A stretch of 32,000 nt of DNA, taken from Candidatus Omnitrophota bacterium. Lineage in GTDB: Bacteria; Omnitrophota; Gorgyraeia; Zapsychrales; JANLHA01. Numbering within the stretch: the stretch's first letter is position 1; each line of letters begins with the position of its first letter. The notes beneath the pieces are model-generated. The model did no database searches and was not told where the DNA came from. It worked only from the letters and a program-made list of their open reading frames with translations. This document shows positions 9,001-16,400 of the stretch, one piece after another. Position numbers and translations under genes: made by a program. The stretch is taken from positions 2,400,001 through 2,432,000 of the forward strand of contig OY759724.1 of assembly GCA_963662715.1 (NCBI GenBank). Reading direction: 5' to 3'.

Positions 9001-10707
9001 TTTGATGCCCTGGCGTTTTATCTCATGGCCATGAACCGGCCGTTTTTTCATCCTCTGACCATGGAGCCTGAGGAACAAAACCGGAAGATCGTGGAAGGGG
9101 CCGGGAGGATACTGGAGGAGATCCCGCCATTGCGCAGGCAGGTTCTGCAGTTGGAACAGGAAGTGCGGGAAGGGCTGCTGGAGAAATCCGGACGGGAACA
9201 GCCGTCGTCTCCCATAGAGCCGCCGGGAACATCTGCCGGACTTTCCGGTGAACGGGATGCCGTGCTGAGCATCATCCCCGAAGCTGCTCAGGGAAGAGCT
9301 GAAATTGCGGATTATATTTTGAAGGAATTCGGCGCTGAGTGGAAGGTGGCTTTCTCCATGATAGGCAAGCATTTGCTTGACCGTTCCCGCTGGCCCTTTA
9401 TCAGCCGGCTGAGAGCGGAAGGGTTTCCCATAGAAGTTATGAGCGACTTATTGTATTCCCGCTCAGATTTGTTTATCGTCCCTCTGGAGAATTTTCCGGA
9501 AGAGTATGTCGATTTTATCCTTCAGCACAGCAAGAGCCGGCGAGGTTTTCACCGGGGGCAGTTCCGGGATATCTGGGCGTTTTACTCTTTGTTGCAGGAG
9601 AGGCAGGGCAACCCGGTTGAAGGTATTTTTGCTAAAATGGCCCAGCAGACTTTAAAAAGGGAGGGGAATATTCACCGGCAGATTATGAAAGAAATTTTGG
9701 GGGAAACGGATCTCCCGGGGCCGGACATGTCTTTAAAGAAATATATCGAAACAGCCCTTACGAGACTCAATCAGTATGTCATGCAGGGGACTGTGGATTA
9801 CGTGTGGGCGTGGCGCTATGTGGGATTCTTCCGGATGGGGCGTATGAAGACACCTCACAGATTCATAACCATCCCCAGCGTCACTTCACTTGATGCCGGA
9901 CAGGCGAAGCAGGTTTCTTTCAGCGTGTCGAATGCCCGGGGTGTTTACGGTCTTGATGAAAGTTTGAACATCTGGGTTTCGGATCAGGAGCTTATCCGTG
10001 CGTTAACTCCTTATATCGGCAAAGATGACCGTCCGAGAGAGCCGGATGACCCGATCCTTCTGGGCTCTATTGGGTACAATTTCGCGGCCGATGAGTCCGG
10101 CGCCCGTGCCGTGAGGGTTAAATTTTCGCAGCCCTGGCTCAGGCTTAATGACAGGATGCCCGCGGAATTGAGAAACAACGGTCTCCTGCGCTCGGCACAG
10201 GCGGTCCTGGAAGAGGCTCTTGAGATATATTTGAAAGAGCAGGGCGTCCGGAAGATACAAAGGGAAATCGGGGCGACTACAATAGACCAGGTTGAGGACG
10301 CGGTTTTAATTCACAGGAATACCGTGCAGAGGCTTAATCAAAATATGATGGACCGCGGTTATCAGTTAACGCTGTCACGGTATGGCCGGAATCCGTTGGC
10401 TTTCGGCAAGCGGTTAGCTTTGTGGGAATTTGAAAAGGACCTGCAGCCGGAAAGTTCCGGAGAAGTCTCATCGCCGGTGACAGCGGCGGATGCCCCCGGC
10501 GGTATCGACCTGAATCCGTCCTATTTGAATCTTAGAACAGAGGGAGGAGTTATTGATATCCCTGTCTTTCAGAATACCGACCAGCTTATGAATATCAATA
10601 TCCAGGGATTAACGCCCTACATTCTTAATATCACTCCCATTCAAAACCTGCCTTTAATTTTAGGCGCCGAGCGGAAGAAGGACAGTGGCCTTTTAAGCCG
10701 TCTTTGA
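6088..10707 (+). CDS. Giant secreted modular protein, mostly helical, with SSP[VI] linkers and a C-terminal GGIDLNP tail
   Basis: One uninterrupted frame of 1539 aa from ATG 6088; the track ORF starts at TTG 6049. It has a signal peptide KKSQPRRRFYALFAVVMLACRLFIPVNLSYA. The N-terminal domain of about 350 aa carries LWVNLSPFEKERIIPESFGATEMGRDLLAQDYLLKQLTASL and EKEVNEGKNFAKLRQIF. Four SSPV/SSPI linkers and a C-terminal APGGIDLNP...ILNITPIQNLPLILG tail are present. No named family was recognised. Confidence 0.85.
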   Translation: MIIKYIKKSQPRRRFYALFAVVMLACRLFIPVNLSYAQTVLSLPEPGSRVSLSSEYVPVLLKGLKLYPNPFQFDFIMDTGHSELEGAELRQESTTLIKYFLAALTIPEKELWVNLSPFEKERIIPESFGATEMGRDLLAQDYLLKQLTASLMNPEEDLGQKFWDRIYQKAFELYGTTSIPVNTFNKIWIIPEEALVYSENDAVFIIKGRLKVLLEQDYLAMQEVVDSSIGIALKIQNKQDPVTKKLHEDTVDIVRDLIVPEIEKEVNEGKNFAKLRQIFHAVILAKWYKQNLQENILNKKYADQRKTDGVEVDDKEIKDKIYQQYLAAFRKGVYNLIKEDYDPNERKMVPRKYFLGGSSMIVTLKETKNSASLQEAENIRLIRVSSAVGLPNGIVAEAGRSLVSSPVDGPPAELRPFGDKVSEEELKLSAFLRDMYGVLSGMAAQVEEFVSVTQKAELLPKTFEDFDARLSDAWTKMMTRIGQLLNDDGIKYDIFIKNAVTHRFQYSRLMESLTGYKGLYKDGKISGDRAAFIQALADVQDTLALLKIQVQNLGTELHEGRFSKTSAGRIQQVQVVLDELQKGQAYVDDVKALLAAMNKNLRLLENLLNQQTPLWSSIQNLKQQIETQQHQLVELGETLDAAALSEGFYIYQPDVDLARRFDLLDGAMRKLSETLEKRESFNPIFARYSLQSMRGTLVILAGDNAVLEQKIQSSMEWFLKKGEGSPVSSPVPEEPPAADAARITETLVTFFISKSRGFLDILRSETGRLTQWGDTRPFPKTLQEIYQRIDMYYEEIFLAEIEILRDSTVGGNRKLVDGINELELLIFSARAQLDKWKDEAVSVRTVDAGLLQERRTILENEISGFEEALSQFEADFKLGVYTADAENQERPAALMTGFLEQAKQTLTEFETILTRLRRDVQETVMLESAKVSEYRRLQTAYKMLDRMKEELIAHDAMKSFGEARELLGSINFDALAFYLMAMNRPFFHPLTMEPEEQNRKIVEGAGRILEEIPPLRRQVLQLEQEVREGLLEKSGREQPSSPIEPPGTSAGLSGERDAVLSIIPEAAQGRAEIADYILKEFGAEWKVAFSMIGKHLLDRSRWPFISRLRAEGFPIEVMSDLLYSRSDLFIVPLENFPEEYVDFILQHSKSRRGFHRGQFRDIWAFYSLLQERQGNPVEGIFAKMAQQTLKREGNIHRQIMKEILGETDLPGPDMSLKKYIETALTRLNQYVMQGTVDYVWAWRYVGFFRMGRMKTPHRFITIPSVTSLDAGQAKQVSFSVSNARGVYGLDESLNIWVSDQELIRALTPYIGKDDRPREPDDPILLGSIGYNFAADESGARAVRVKFSQPWLRLNDRMPAELRNNGLLRSAQAVLEEALEIYLKEQGVRKIQREIGATTIDQVEDAVLIHRNTVQRLNQNMMDRGYQLTLSRYGRNPLAFGKRLALWEFEKDLQPESSGEVSSPVTAADAPGGIDLNPSYLNLRTEGGVIDIPVFQNTDQLMNINIQGLTPYILNITPIQNLPLILGAERKKDSGLLSRL

Positions 10708-10730
10708 ATTTCATCTATAAAGAACCGGAT

Positions 10731-10759
10731 TTGACAAAAACAGGTTGAACAGGCATAAT
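10731..10759 (+). promoter_or_regulatory. Candidate sigma70-type promoter (TTGACA-N17-CATAAT) at the head of the glycan locus
   Basis: TTGACA at 10731-10736, a 17-nt spacer, then CATAAT at 10754-10759, in the 158-nt gap after the giant gene. Confidence 0.5.
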
Positions 10760-10787
10760 ATAACTTCCTTAAGTCTAAGGAAGTTAT
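10760..10787 (+). promoter_or_regulatory. Perfect 12-bp inverted repeat (operator or 5' mRNA stem-loop)
   Basis: ATAACTTCCTTA-AGTC-TAAGGAAGTTAT, starting immediately after the -10 hexamer and therefore spanning the predicted transcription start. Confidence 0.5.
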
Positions 10788-10877
10788 GTGGATACATGTT
10801 TTATGATCCGTCCGGTCTGCCGTCGGATTGGGAAGGTGTTTGTTCCCGGTCCGGTGCCTGTATGAGTGAATAAACTT

Positions 10878-12014
10878 ATGAATCATGGTAACGTAACGGT
10901 TATAAGTTCTTTGCCTCCGATTGTCGGATTAAGTCCGTATACAAAAGCATTCGTTACGGAGTTGTCGAAAAGAATTTCCGTAACTTTTTTGGGGTTTAAA
11001 CATATTTATCCGGCGTTCCTGTATCCCGGGAAAATATATGATGAAAGTGCGGAGATCTTGTCAGAACACCCGCATTTGAGAATCCGCAACGTCCTGAATT
11101 GGTACAATCCTTTCGGGTGGCTGGTTGAGGCTTTTCGGATCAAGACAGATATCATTCATGCCCAGTGGTGGAGCTTTCCTCTGGCTCCGGTTTATATCAC
11201 CATCCTGGGAATAAACAAATTGCGGGGTAAAAAGATTGTTTTGACCATTCACAATGTTCTGCCTCATGAAAAGAGTTTCTTAAAAATTTTTCTGAATAAG
11301 TCCGTCTATTTTTTAGGGGATGAATTTATTGTTCATACGAAGCAGAATAAAGAAGACCTGGCGAAAATCATTAAAACAAAAAAAATTCACGTTATCCCGC
11401 ATGGTTTAGTGCACACCCCGCTTAAAGGGATGAGCAAAGAGCAGGCCCGGGAAGGATTGAAAATCTGTGAAACGGATAAAGTTCTTCTGTGTTTTGGTCA
11501 TATCCGGGACTATAAGGGGCTTGACGTCGCTATAAGGGCGTTGTCTTTGATAAAAGATCCTTCGGTGAAATTGATCATTGCCGGCAGATGCTGGGAAGAC
11601 TGGTCAAAGTATGAACAATTAATAGAACAGCTTGATTTAAAAGAGAGGGTTATTCTTAAAGTCGGTTTTATCCCGACCGATCAGATTGAACCTGTTTTCA
11701 GGGCCTCTGACCTGGTTTTACTGCCTTATAAGCATTTTAATTCTCAAAGCGGGGTCGGGGCGCTGGTTTTGCCGTTTGAAATCCCTCTGATTGTCGCAAG
11801 AACAGGAGGGCTTCCTGAGTATGTCAAGCGTGAGGACTGCGTCATTGAACCCAATCATCACGAGGAGCTTGCCGCCAAGATTCAGAATATATTGTTGAAT
11901 AAAGAATTGTATGAACAGTTAAAAAAGGATATCCTGACGCAGAAAGCAGAATTGAGCTGGGAGGCGATTGCCGAAAAGACTGTTACCGTTTATGGTGAGG
12001 GGCGCCATTCATGA
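10878..12014 (+). CDS. Glycosyltransferase, GT4 family (Glycos_transf_1 type)
   Basis: GT-B features: the C-terminal half has LLCFGHIRDYKGLDVAIRAL, KLIIAGR and SQSGVGALVLPFEIPLIVARTGGLPEYV, an EX7E-like region. The start is ATG 10878 or GTG 10866. Confidence 0.9.
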   Translation: MNHGNVTVISSLPPIVGLSPYTKAFVTELSKRISVTFLGFKHIYPAFLYPGKIYDESAEILSEHPHLRIRNVLNWYNPFGWLVEAFRIKTDIIHAQWWSFPLAPVYITILGINKLRGKKIVLTIHNVLPHEKSFLKIFLNKSVYFLGDEFIVHTKQNKEDLAKIIKTKKIHVIPHGLVHTPLKGMSKEQAREGLKICETDKVLLCFGHIRDYKGLDVAIRALSLIKDPSVKLIIAGRCWEDWSKYEQLIEQLDLKERVILKVGFIPTDQIEPVFRASDLVLLPYKHFNSQSGVGALVLPFEIPLIVARTGGLPEYVKREDCVIEPNHHEELAAKIQNILLNKELYEQLKKDILTQKAELSWEAIAEKTVTVYGEGRHS

Positions 12015-13135
12015 AGTTTATAGATTTGCATAGACAATATAAGCAATATCAGCAGGAGATTGATGCTCAGATTTCGGACGTTATTGAGAATACGGCTTTC
12101 ATCATGGGGCCCAAAATAGCAGAGCTTGAAGAATTGCTTGCTCATAACGCGGGGGTCAAGTATGCCGTCGCGTGCTCTTCCGGAACAGATGCGTTGTTGC
12201 TGGCGTTAATGGCGTATGATATCCGCCCGGGGGATGAAATTATAACAACGACTTTTTCGTTTATAGCAACAGCGGAAGTGGTTGCGTTCTTAAAAGCCAC
12301 TCCGGTTTTTGTTGATGTTGACCCGGAGACTTATAATATTGATCCGGAAAGAATAAAAAATGCTGTGACGGAAAAAACCCGGGGCATTATTGCCGTTGAT
12401 ATCTTCGGGCAGTGTGCGGATTATGACGCCATTAATGCTGTCGCCAAAGAAAATAATTTGTTTGTTATTGAAGATGCTGCGCAGTCTTTCGGCGCAAGAT
12501 ATAAAGACCGGCCGGCCTGCTCCTTAAGCGGTATGGCCTGCACGTCGTTTTTTCCGGCCAAGCCTCTGGGCTGCTACGGAGACGGCGGAATGGTTTTTAC
12601 GGATGACGCAGAAAAGGCCGGCCTTATGAACTCATTCAGAGGGCATGGTCAAGGAACTCATAGATACGACCATGTAAGAATCGGCCTGAATGCCAGATTG
12701 GATGCTTTGCAGGCGGCTGTATTGCTTGCCAAATTTCCTCGTTTTTCTGCGGAAATCACCGCCAGAAACAGATTGGCAGACTATTACAATGAAAACCTGG
12801 ATAAGAAAATAAAAACCCCGGTTGTTTTGGATCATAACCTTTCTACCTATGCCCAGTATTCTATCCGGGTTGCCCTCCGCGATGAACTGCAGGTCTGGTT
12901 GAAAGACAAGGGGATCCCTTCCGCCATCCATTACCCGAAACCTCTTCATCTTCAGCCTGCATTCAGTTATTTGAATTATGCGGCAGGGGATTGTCCTGTT
13001 GCCGAGAATATCTGTGAGAATATTATTTCATTGCCCATGCACCCGTTTTTAACGGATGAAGAGATGGATCTGATTATTCATACCGTTAACGATTTTATTG
13101 AAAAACACCCGCTCTCTGATTCTGTCCCGTCTTGA
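12011..13135 (+). CDS. DegT/DnrJ/EryC1/StrS-family PLP-dependent sugar aminotransferase
   Basis: 374 aa with blocks GPKIAELEE, SGTDALLLAL, FSFIATAE, EDAAQSFGA and SFFPAKPLGCYGDGGMVFT (the PLP lysine). The start overlaps the GT4 stop by 4 nt. Confidence 0.92.
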   Translation: MKFIDLHRQYKQYQQEIDAQISDVIENTAFIMGPKIAELEELLAHNAGVKYAVACSSGTDALLLALMAYDIRPGDEIITTTFSFIATAEVVAFLKATPVFVDVDPETYNIDPERIKNAVTEKTRGIIAVDIFGQCADYDAINAVAKENNLFVIEDAAQSFGARYKDRPACSLSGMACTSFFPAKPLGCYGDGGMVFTDDAEKAGLMNSFRGHGQGTHRYDHVRIGLNARLDALQAAVLLAKFPRFSAEITARNRLADYYNENLDKKIKTPVVLDHNLSTYAQYSIRVALRDELQVWLKDKGIPSAIHYPKPLHLQPAFSYLNYAAGDCPVAENICENIISLPMHPFLTDEEMDLIIHTVNDFIEKHPLSDSVPS

Positions 13136-13160
13136 CAGGACGGGTTTTTACGGGCATAAT
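13126..13160 (+). promoter_or_regulatory. Hairpin with T-tract overlapping a TTGACA-N17-CATAAT promoter-like element
   Basis: CCCGTC (13126-13131) pairs with GACGGG (13139-13144), followed by TTTTT. TTGACA at 13132-13137 contains the aminotransferase stop codon; a 17-nt spacer leads to CATAAT at 13155-13160. Confidence 0.4.
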
Positions 13161-13254
13161 AGAAACTCTTTTAAATGGAAAGGGGATAGTCATCGGAGAT
13201 CCTTCGTCCGGAGAGTATGTCGCGGGGGTGAGGGGGTTCCGGGAGACAGCAGAA

Positions 13255-14244
13255 ATGAATATACTTGTTACCGGCGCGACCGGTTATGTCGGCCGCGCAC
13301 TGATTCCTCAATTATGTCAGGCAGGGCACAGCATCCGTATCCTGGCCCGGAAAACCAGTGATCTCAGCGCTTTTAAGGAATGCCGGAAGGCTCTGGAGGT
13401 CTTTTACGGTGATCTGCTTCAGGAAGAGACCCTCCGCGGCATAGGGGAGAATATCGACTATGTCTGTCATCTCGCAGGAGTGCTTCCCTATAGTCAAACA
13501 AAGGCCGAACATTATTATGACGTCAACAAGACAGGAAGCCTTAATTTGATAAAACAATTCGCCGGCAGCCGCGTAAAGAATTTCCTTTTCACGACCTCAA
13601 CCGCTTCTTTGGGAGCGATATCGAAAGATATCGTTACTGAGAATGATTTCAGTCCTCCGATCGCCGATTACGGGAAATCCAAGTATGCCGCGGAACTCGC
13701 CATAAGAGAATTTGCGGAAAAACAGGCCATCCCGTATACAATGGCCCGTTTAACGCATATTTACGGGCCCGGAGAAACCCGGGACCTTTACCGTATGGTC
13801 AAAATGATGAAAAAGGGCATTTTCCCGCAGATCGGGTTCAAACCGAATCTTTATCCGGCTGTTTATATCGACGATGCCGTTAACGGGATTATCAGGGTGT
13901 TGGAACGCGGCCGGCCAGGGGAAACCTATATTATTACGGATAAAGAGTCGCATGATACGCGTCTGATCCGGAAGTATGTCCTGCAATATCTGAGCCTCAA
14001 GAAATCCTTGTATCCTTTCTTGCCCAAATATTTATCCTTACTCATTTTTTCGATACTCGATATAATATCTGATATGAGCGGGGTCAAGTTTCCGGCCACC
14101 AGGAAAAACATCCAGTTCCTGAGTGCCGGCAGAAGGTTCAGCATTGAAAAGGCCCGGAAGGAACTGGGATATGTCCCGCAAGTCCCGTTAAAAGAAGGCT
14201 TGAGAAAAACCATAGAATATTATCTTCAGGAGGGATTAATATGA
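13255..14244 (+). CDS. NAD-dependent epimerase/dehydratase (extended SDR)
   Basis: The ATG at 13255 gives MNILVTGATGYVGRAL, placing the Rossmann GxxGxxG at the N-terminus. The catalytic YGKSK (YxxxK) motif is present. The track ORF starts at TTG 13132, but those 41 extra residues have no SDR counterpart. Confidence 0.85.
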   Translation: MNILVTGATGYVGRALIPQLCQAGHSIRILARKTSDLSAFKECRKALEVFYGDLLQEETLRGIGENIDYVCHLAGVLPYSQTKAEHYYDVNKTGSLNLIKQFAGSRVKNFLFTTSTASLGAISKDIVTENDFSPPIADYGKSKYAAELAIREFAEKQAIPYTMARLTHIYGPGETRDLYRMVKMMKKGIFPQIGFKPNLYPAVYIDDAVNGIIRVLERGRPGETYIITDKESHDTRLIRKYVLQYLSLKKSLYPFLPKYLSLLIFSILDIISDMSGVKFPATRKNIQFLSAGRRFSIEKARKELGYVPQVPLKEGLRKTIEYYLQEGLI

Positions 14245-15047
14245 GCGACCAGCCGGTAGAGCGTGATGTGGAAGTTGAAGGCTTTGGGGTTTCCTATGAT
14301 CGTCAGGTTGTTTTTTTTCATCAGCATATTTTGACCCGGGAGCTGAATCTGAAAACCATCCTCGAAATGCCTTCCAAGGGGGATAAGGCGGAATCTTCCA
14401 TTTATTCCATTGGCTTTGCCAAGGCGGGGTGCGACGTTACGGTTGCCAATTTTGAGGAAAGGACCAGGAAATACTGGCAGGAACTGGATATCGAGCAGCA
14501 TCTAAAAACCAGGGATGTGGCGGATTATGCGAAGACGGATTTCCCCGATAATGAATTTGATCTGACCTGGAACTACTGCACCTTTGCCGGCCTGCCGGAC
14601 AAAGACGCTTATATTCAAGAGATGATGCGTGTGAGTAAAAAGTATGTTTTGTTGCTCTGCGGCAACAATTTTCAGTTAGGTTATGTGATTCACAAGGCTG
14701 TTCATTTCCTTTACAAATTTCCTTGGACTCACGGAGACACTCATTACACGTTTCTGGGAAATGTCAGGGACCTGCTCACCCGCAACGGCCTTAAGATAAA
14801 AGAATGCGGGACCATTGATTCGCCGCCGTGGCCGTCGCCTGTCGGTTTCAGGGACGTCAGGCTTCATAAAAAAGGCATCAGCAAAACAAATTATCTTTGG
14901 GAGGTCCCGAGCATCCGGTACATGAAGAGCGGACAATTCCCTCTTTGGATGAACCTTATCCGGTTTTATGATATCCCCCTGCGGAAAGGGTACTGGAAAT
15001 TGCCTTTTTCACATATGTTTTATTTAATCGGGGAGAAGCAGGCATAG
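14241..15047 (+). CDS. Class-I methyltransferase-fold-like protein with degenerate SAM loop
   Basis: 268 aa. The order of elements resembles a Rossmann-type methyltransferase: ILEMPSKGD, CDVTVANFEE, FDLTWNYCTF, KYVLLLC. The GxGxG motif is absent. The start overlaps the SDR stop by 4 nt. Confidence 0.5.
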   Translation: MSDQPVERDVEVEGFGVSYDRQVVFFHQHILTRELNLKTILEMPSKGDKAESSIYSIGFAKAGCDVTVANFEERTRKYWQELDIEQHLKTRDVADYAKTDFPDNEFDLTWNYCTFAGLPDKDAYIQEMMRVSKKYVLLLCGNNFQLGYVIHKAVHFLYKFPWTHGDTHYTFLGNVRDLLTRNGLKIKECGTIDSPPWPSPVGFRDVRLHKKGISKTNYLWEVPSIRYMKSGQFPLWMNLIRFYDIPLRKGYWKLPFSHMFYLIGEKQA

Positions 15048-15053
15048 ATTAAA

Positions 15054-16199
15054 ATGAAACTTACGGATTTTCTTACGGAAATATTCCCGAAGACGCTTAA
15101 TTATCGTCTGGCCCGGATGGGCCTTCTCAAGCCCGTCCGCCCGGTCACTCTGACATATTCCGTGACCGGGGCCTGTAATTCGCTCTGTAAAACCTGCGCG
15201 ATCGGGGAAATGTGCCGGAAAGACCCGCAGCGTCTTAAGCAGGACTTGACGTTAGATGAAATTGAAAAAATCTTTAAGTCCATCGGACATGTTTATTTTT
15301 TTAATGTCAGCGGAGGAGAGCCTTTTTTAAGAAAAGACCTGTTTGAGATCGTCGCGTTGGCCTGTAAATATCTGACGCCCCGCATTGTGCATGTCCCCAC
15401 AAATGCTATCCTTTCCCAGCGGATTTATGACGACTCTAAGCGTATCCTGGACTTTCTGAAGCAGGATTTTCCTCAGGTTCAGTTCTCGGTAAAGCCCTCC
15501 ATTGACGGAGTGGGGGATCGGCATGACGAAATCCGCGGCGTGCCGGGCAATTTTAAAAAGCTGGAAAAGACCATTTCCCTGCTCAAAGAGCTTGAGAAAG
15601 ATTATCCTAATTTCCACCTGGAGCTGGGAACTGTTATTTCGCAGTTCAACATTCATCACCTGGATGAAATTGAAAATTATGTCCATTCTGCCGGTATACA
15701 GAGTTACCGTAATGAAATCGCTGAACAGCGGGAAGAATTTTATAATATCGGCGACCCGATTACCCCTTCCGGGGAGGATTATGAGCGGCTGATGAAGAGG
15801 TTTAAAGAGAAAGTTAAGGAGAATATCAAGGGGAAAAAGAGATTGGCCCAGGTCACGGAAGCCCTGCGGCTGACCTATTATGATATCGCCGTTAGGATCA
15901 TGAAAGAAAAAAGACAGGTGATCCCTTGTTATGCCGGTATATCCAATGTCCACCTGAATTATGACGGCCAACTCTGGCCGTGCTGTGTTCTGGGCTATGC
16001 CAAACCGCTGGGGAATCTGCGGGAGACCGGGTATGATTTTGATAGGATCTGGTTTTCCGAAAGGGCCAAGGCCGTAAGAACGTCTATCCGCAACAAAGAG
16101 TGCGCCTGTCCTTTGGCCAATCAGGCCTATTCCAATATCCTCTGTCATGCGCCTTCCATCATCAAATCCCTCAAACATCTGCTGACTTTAAAGAGATAG
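15054..16199 (+). CDS. Radical SAM enzyme with SPASM/twitch-like C-terminal Cys motifs
   Basis: CNSLCKTC (CX3CX2C) near the N-terminus and a VSGGEPFL SAM-binding block. The C-terminal CYAGISNVHLNYDGQLWPC fits CX9-15GX4C, followed by CC and CAC...C. Confidence 0.9.
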   Translation: MKLTDFLTEIFPKTLNYRLARMGLLKPVRPVTLTYSVTGACNSLCKTCAIGEMCRKDPQRLKQDLTLDEIEKIFKSIGHVYFFNVSGGEPFLRKDLFEIVALACKYLTPRIVHVPTNAILSQRIYDDSKRILDFLKQDFPQVQFSVKPSIDGVGDRHDEIRGVPGNFKKLEKTISLLKELEKDYPNFHLELGTVISQFNIHHLDEIENYVHSAGIQSYRNEIAEQREEFYNIGDPITPSGEDYERLMKRFKEKVKENIKGKKRLAQVTEALRLTYYDIAVRIMKEKRQVIPCYAGISNVHLNYDGQLWPCCVLGYAKPLGNLRETGYDFDRIWFSERAKAVRTSIRNKECACPLANQAYSNILCHAPSIIKSLKHLLTLKR

Positions 16200-16284
16200 C
16201 CGACAGCCTGTTTTCGGTAGAAAATTGGCGGAAACGAAAAAAAATGAGCGCTCCTTTGTCATGATTGGGAATAAGGCAGCATGT

Positions 16285-16321
16285 AACCTCTTTTCATTTT
16301 TAGGTTTAAAGGGGTTTTTTT
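16285..16321 (+). terminator. Rho-independent terminator candidate
   Basis: AACCTCTTT (16285-16293) pairs with AAAGGGGTT (16308-16316), giving 9 bp including one G-U pair. The loop is 14 nt and a T-run follows to 16321. Lies 86 nt after the radical SAM stop. Confidence 0.45.
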
Positions 16322-16371
16322 GTCCGGCCGATAACCGGTTCTTTCTCTTCAGTATGTTGTAAATATATTTA

Positions 16372-16400
16372 TTGACAATGGTTTATGAATTTGCTACCAT
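16372..16400 (+). promoter_or_regulatory. Candidate promoter (TTGACA-N17-TACCAT)
   Basis: A consensus -35 at 16372-16377, a 17-nt spacer and a 4/6 match -10 at 16395-16400. It would give a leader of about 210 nt before the GT2 gene. Confidence 0.35.

Noticed and set aside
15327-16178. 283-aa ORF on the minus strand, antisense to the radical SAM gene.
   Set aside because: It has no recognisable motif, start context or signal. The plus-strand frame carries unambiguous radical SAM/SPASM motifs and fits the operon. Long antisense ORFs are common opposite coding regions.
15054-16199. Radical SAM/SPASM protein as an anaerobic sulfatase-maturating enzyme, prompted by the sulfotransferase in the locus.
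   Set aside because: No sulfatase gene is present. Sulfotransferases do not need formylglycine maturation, and the gene is coupled to sugar-modifying enzymes instead.
16211-16231. Possible JUMPStart/ops (GGCGGTAG) antitermination element before the second half of the glycan locus.
   Set aside because: Only the fragments CGGTAG (16215-16220) and GGCGG (16227-16231) are present, in the wrong order and not contiguous. The ops consensus is not met.
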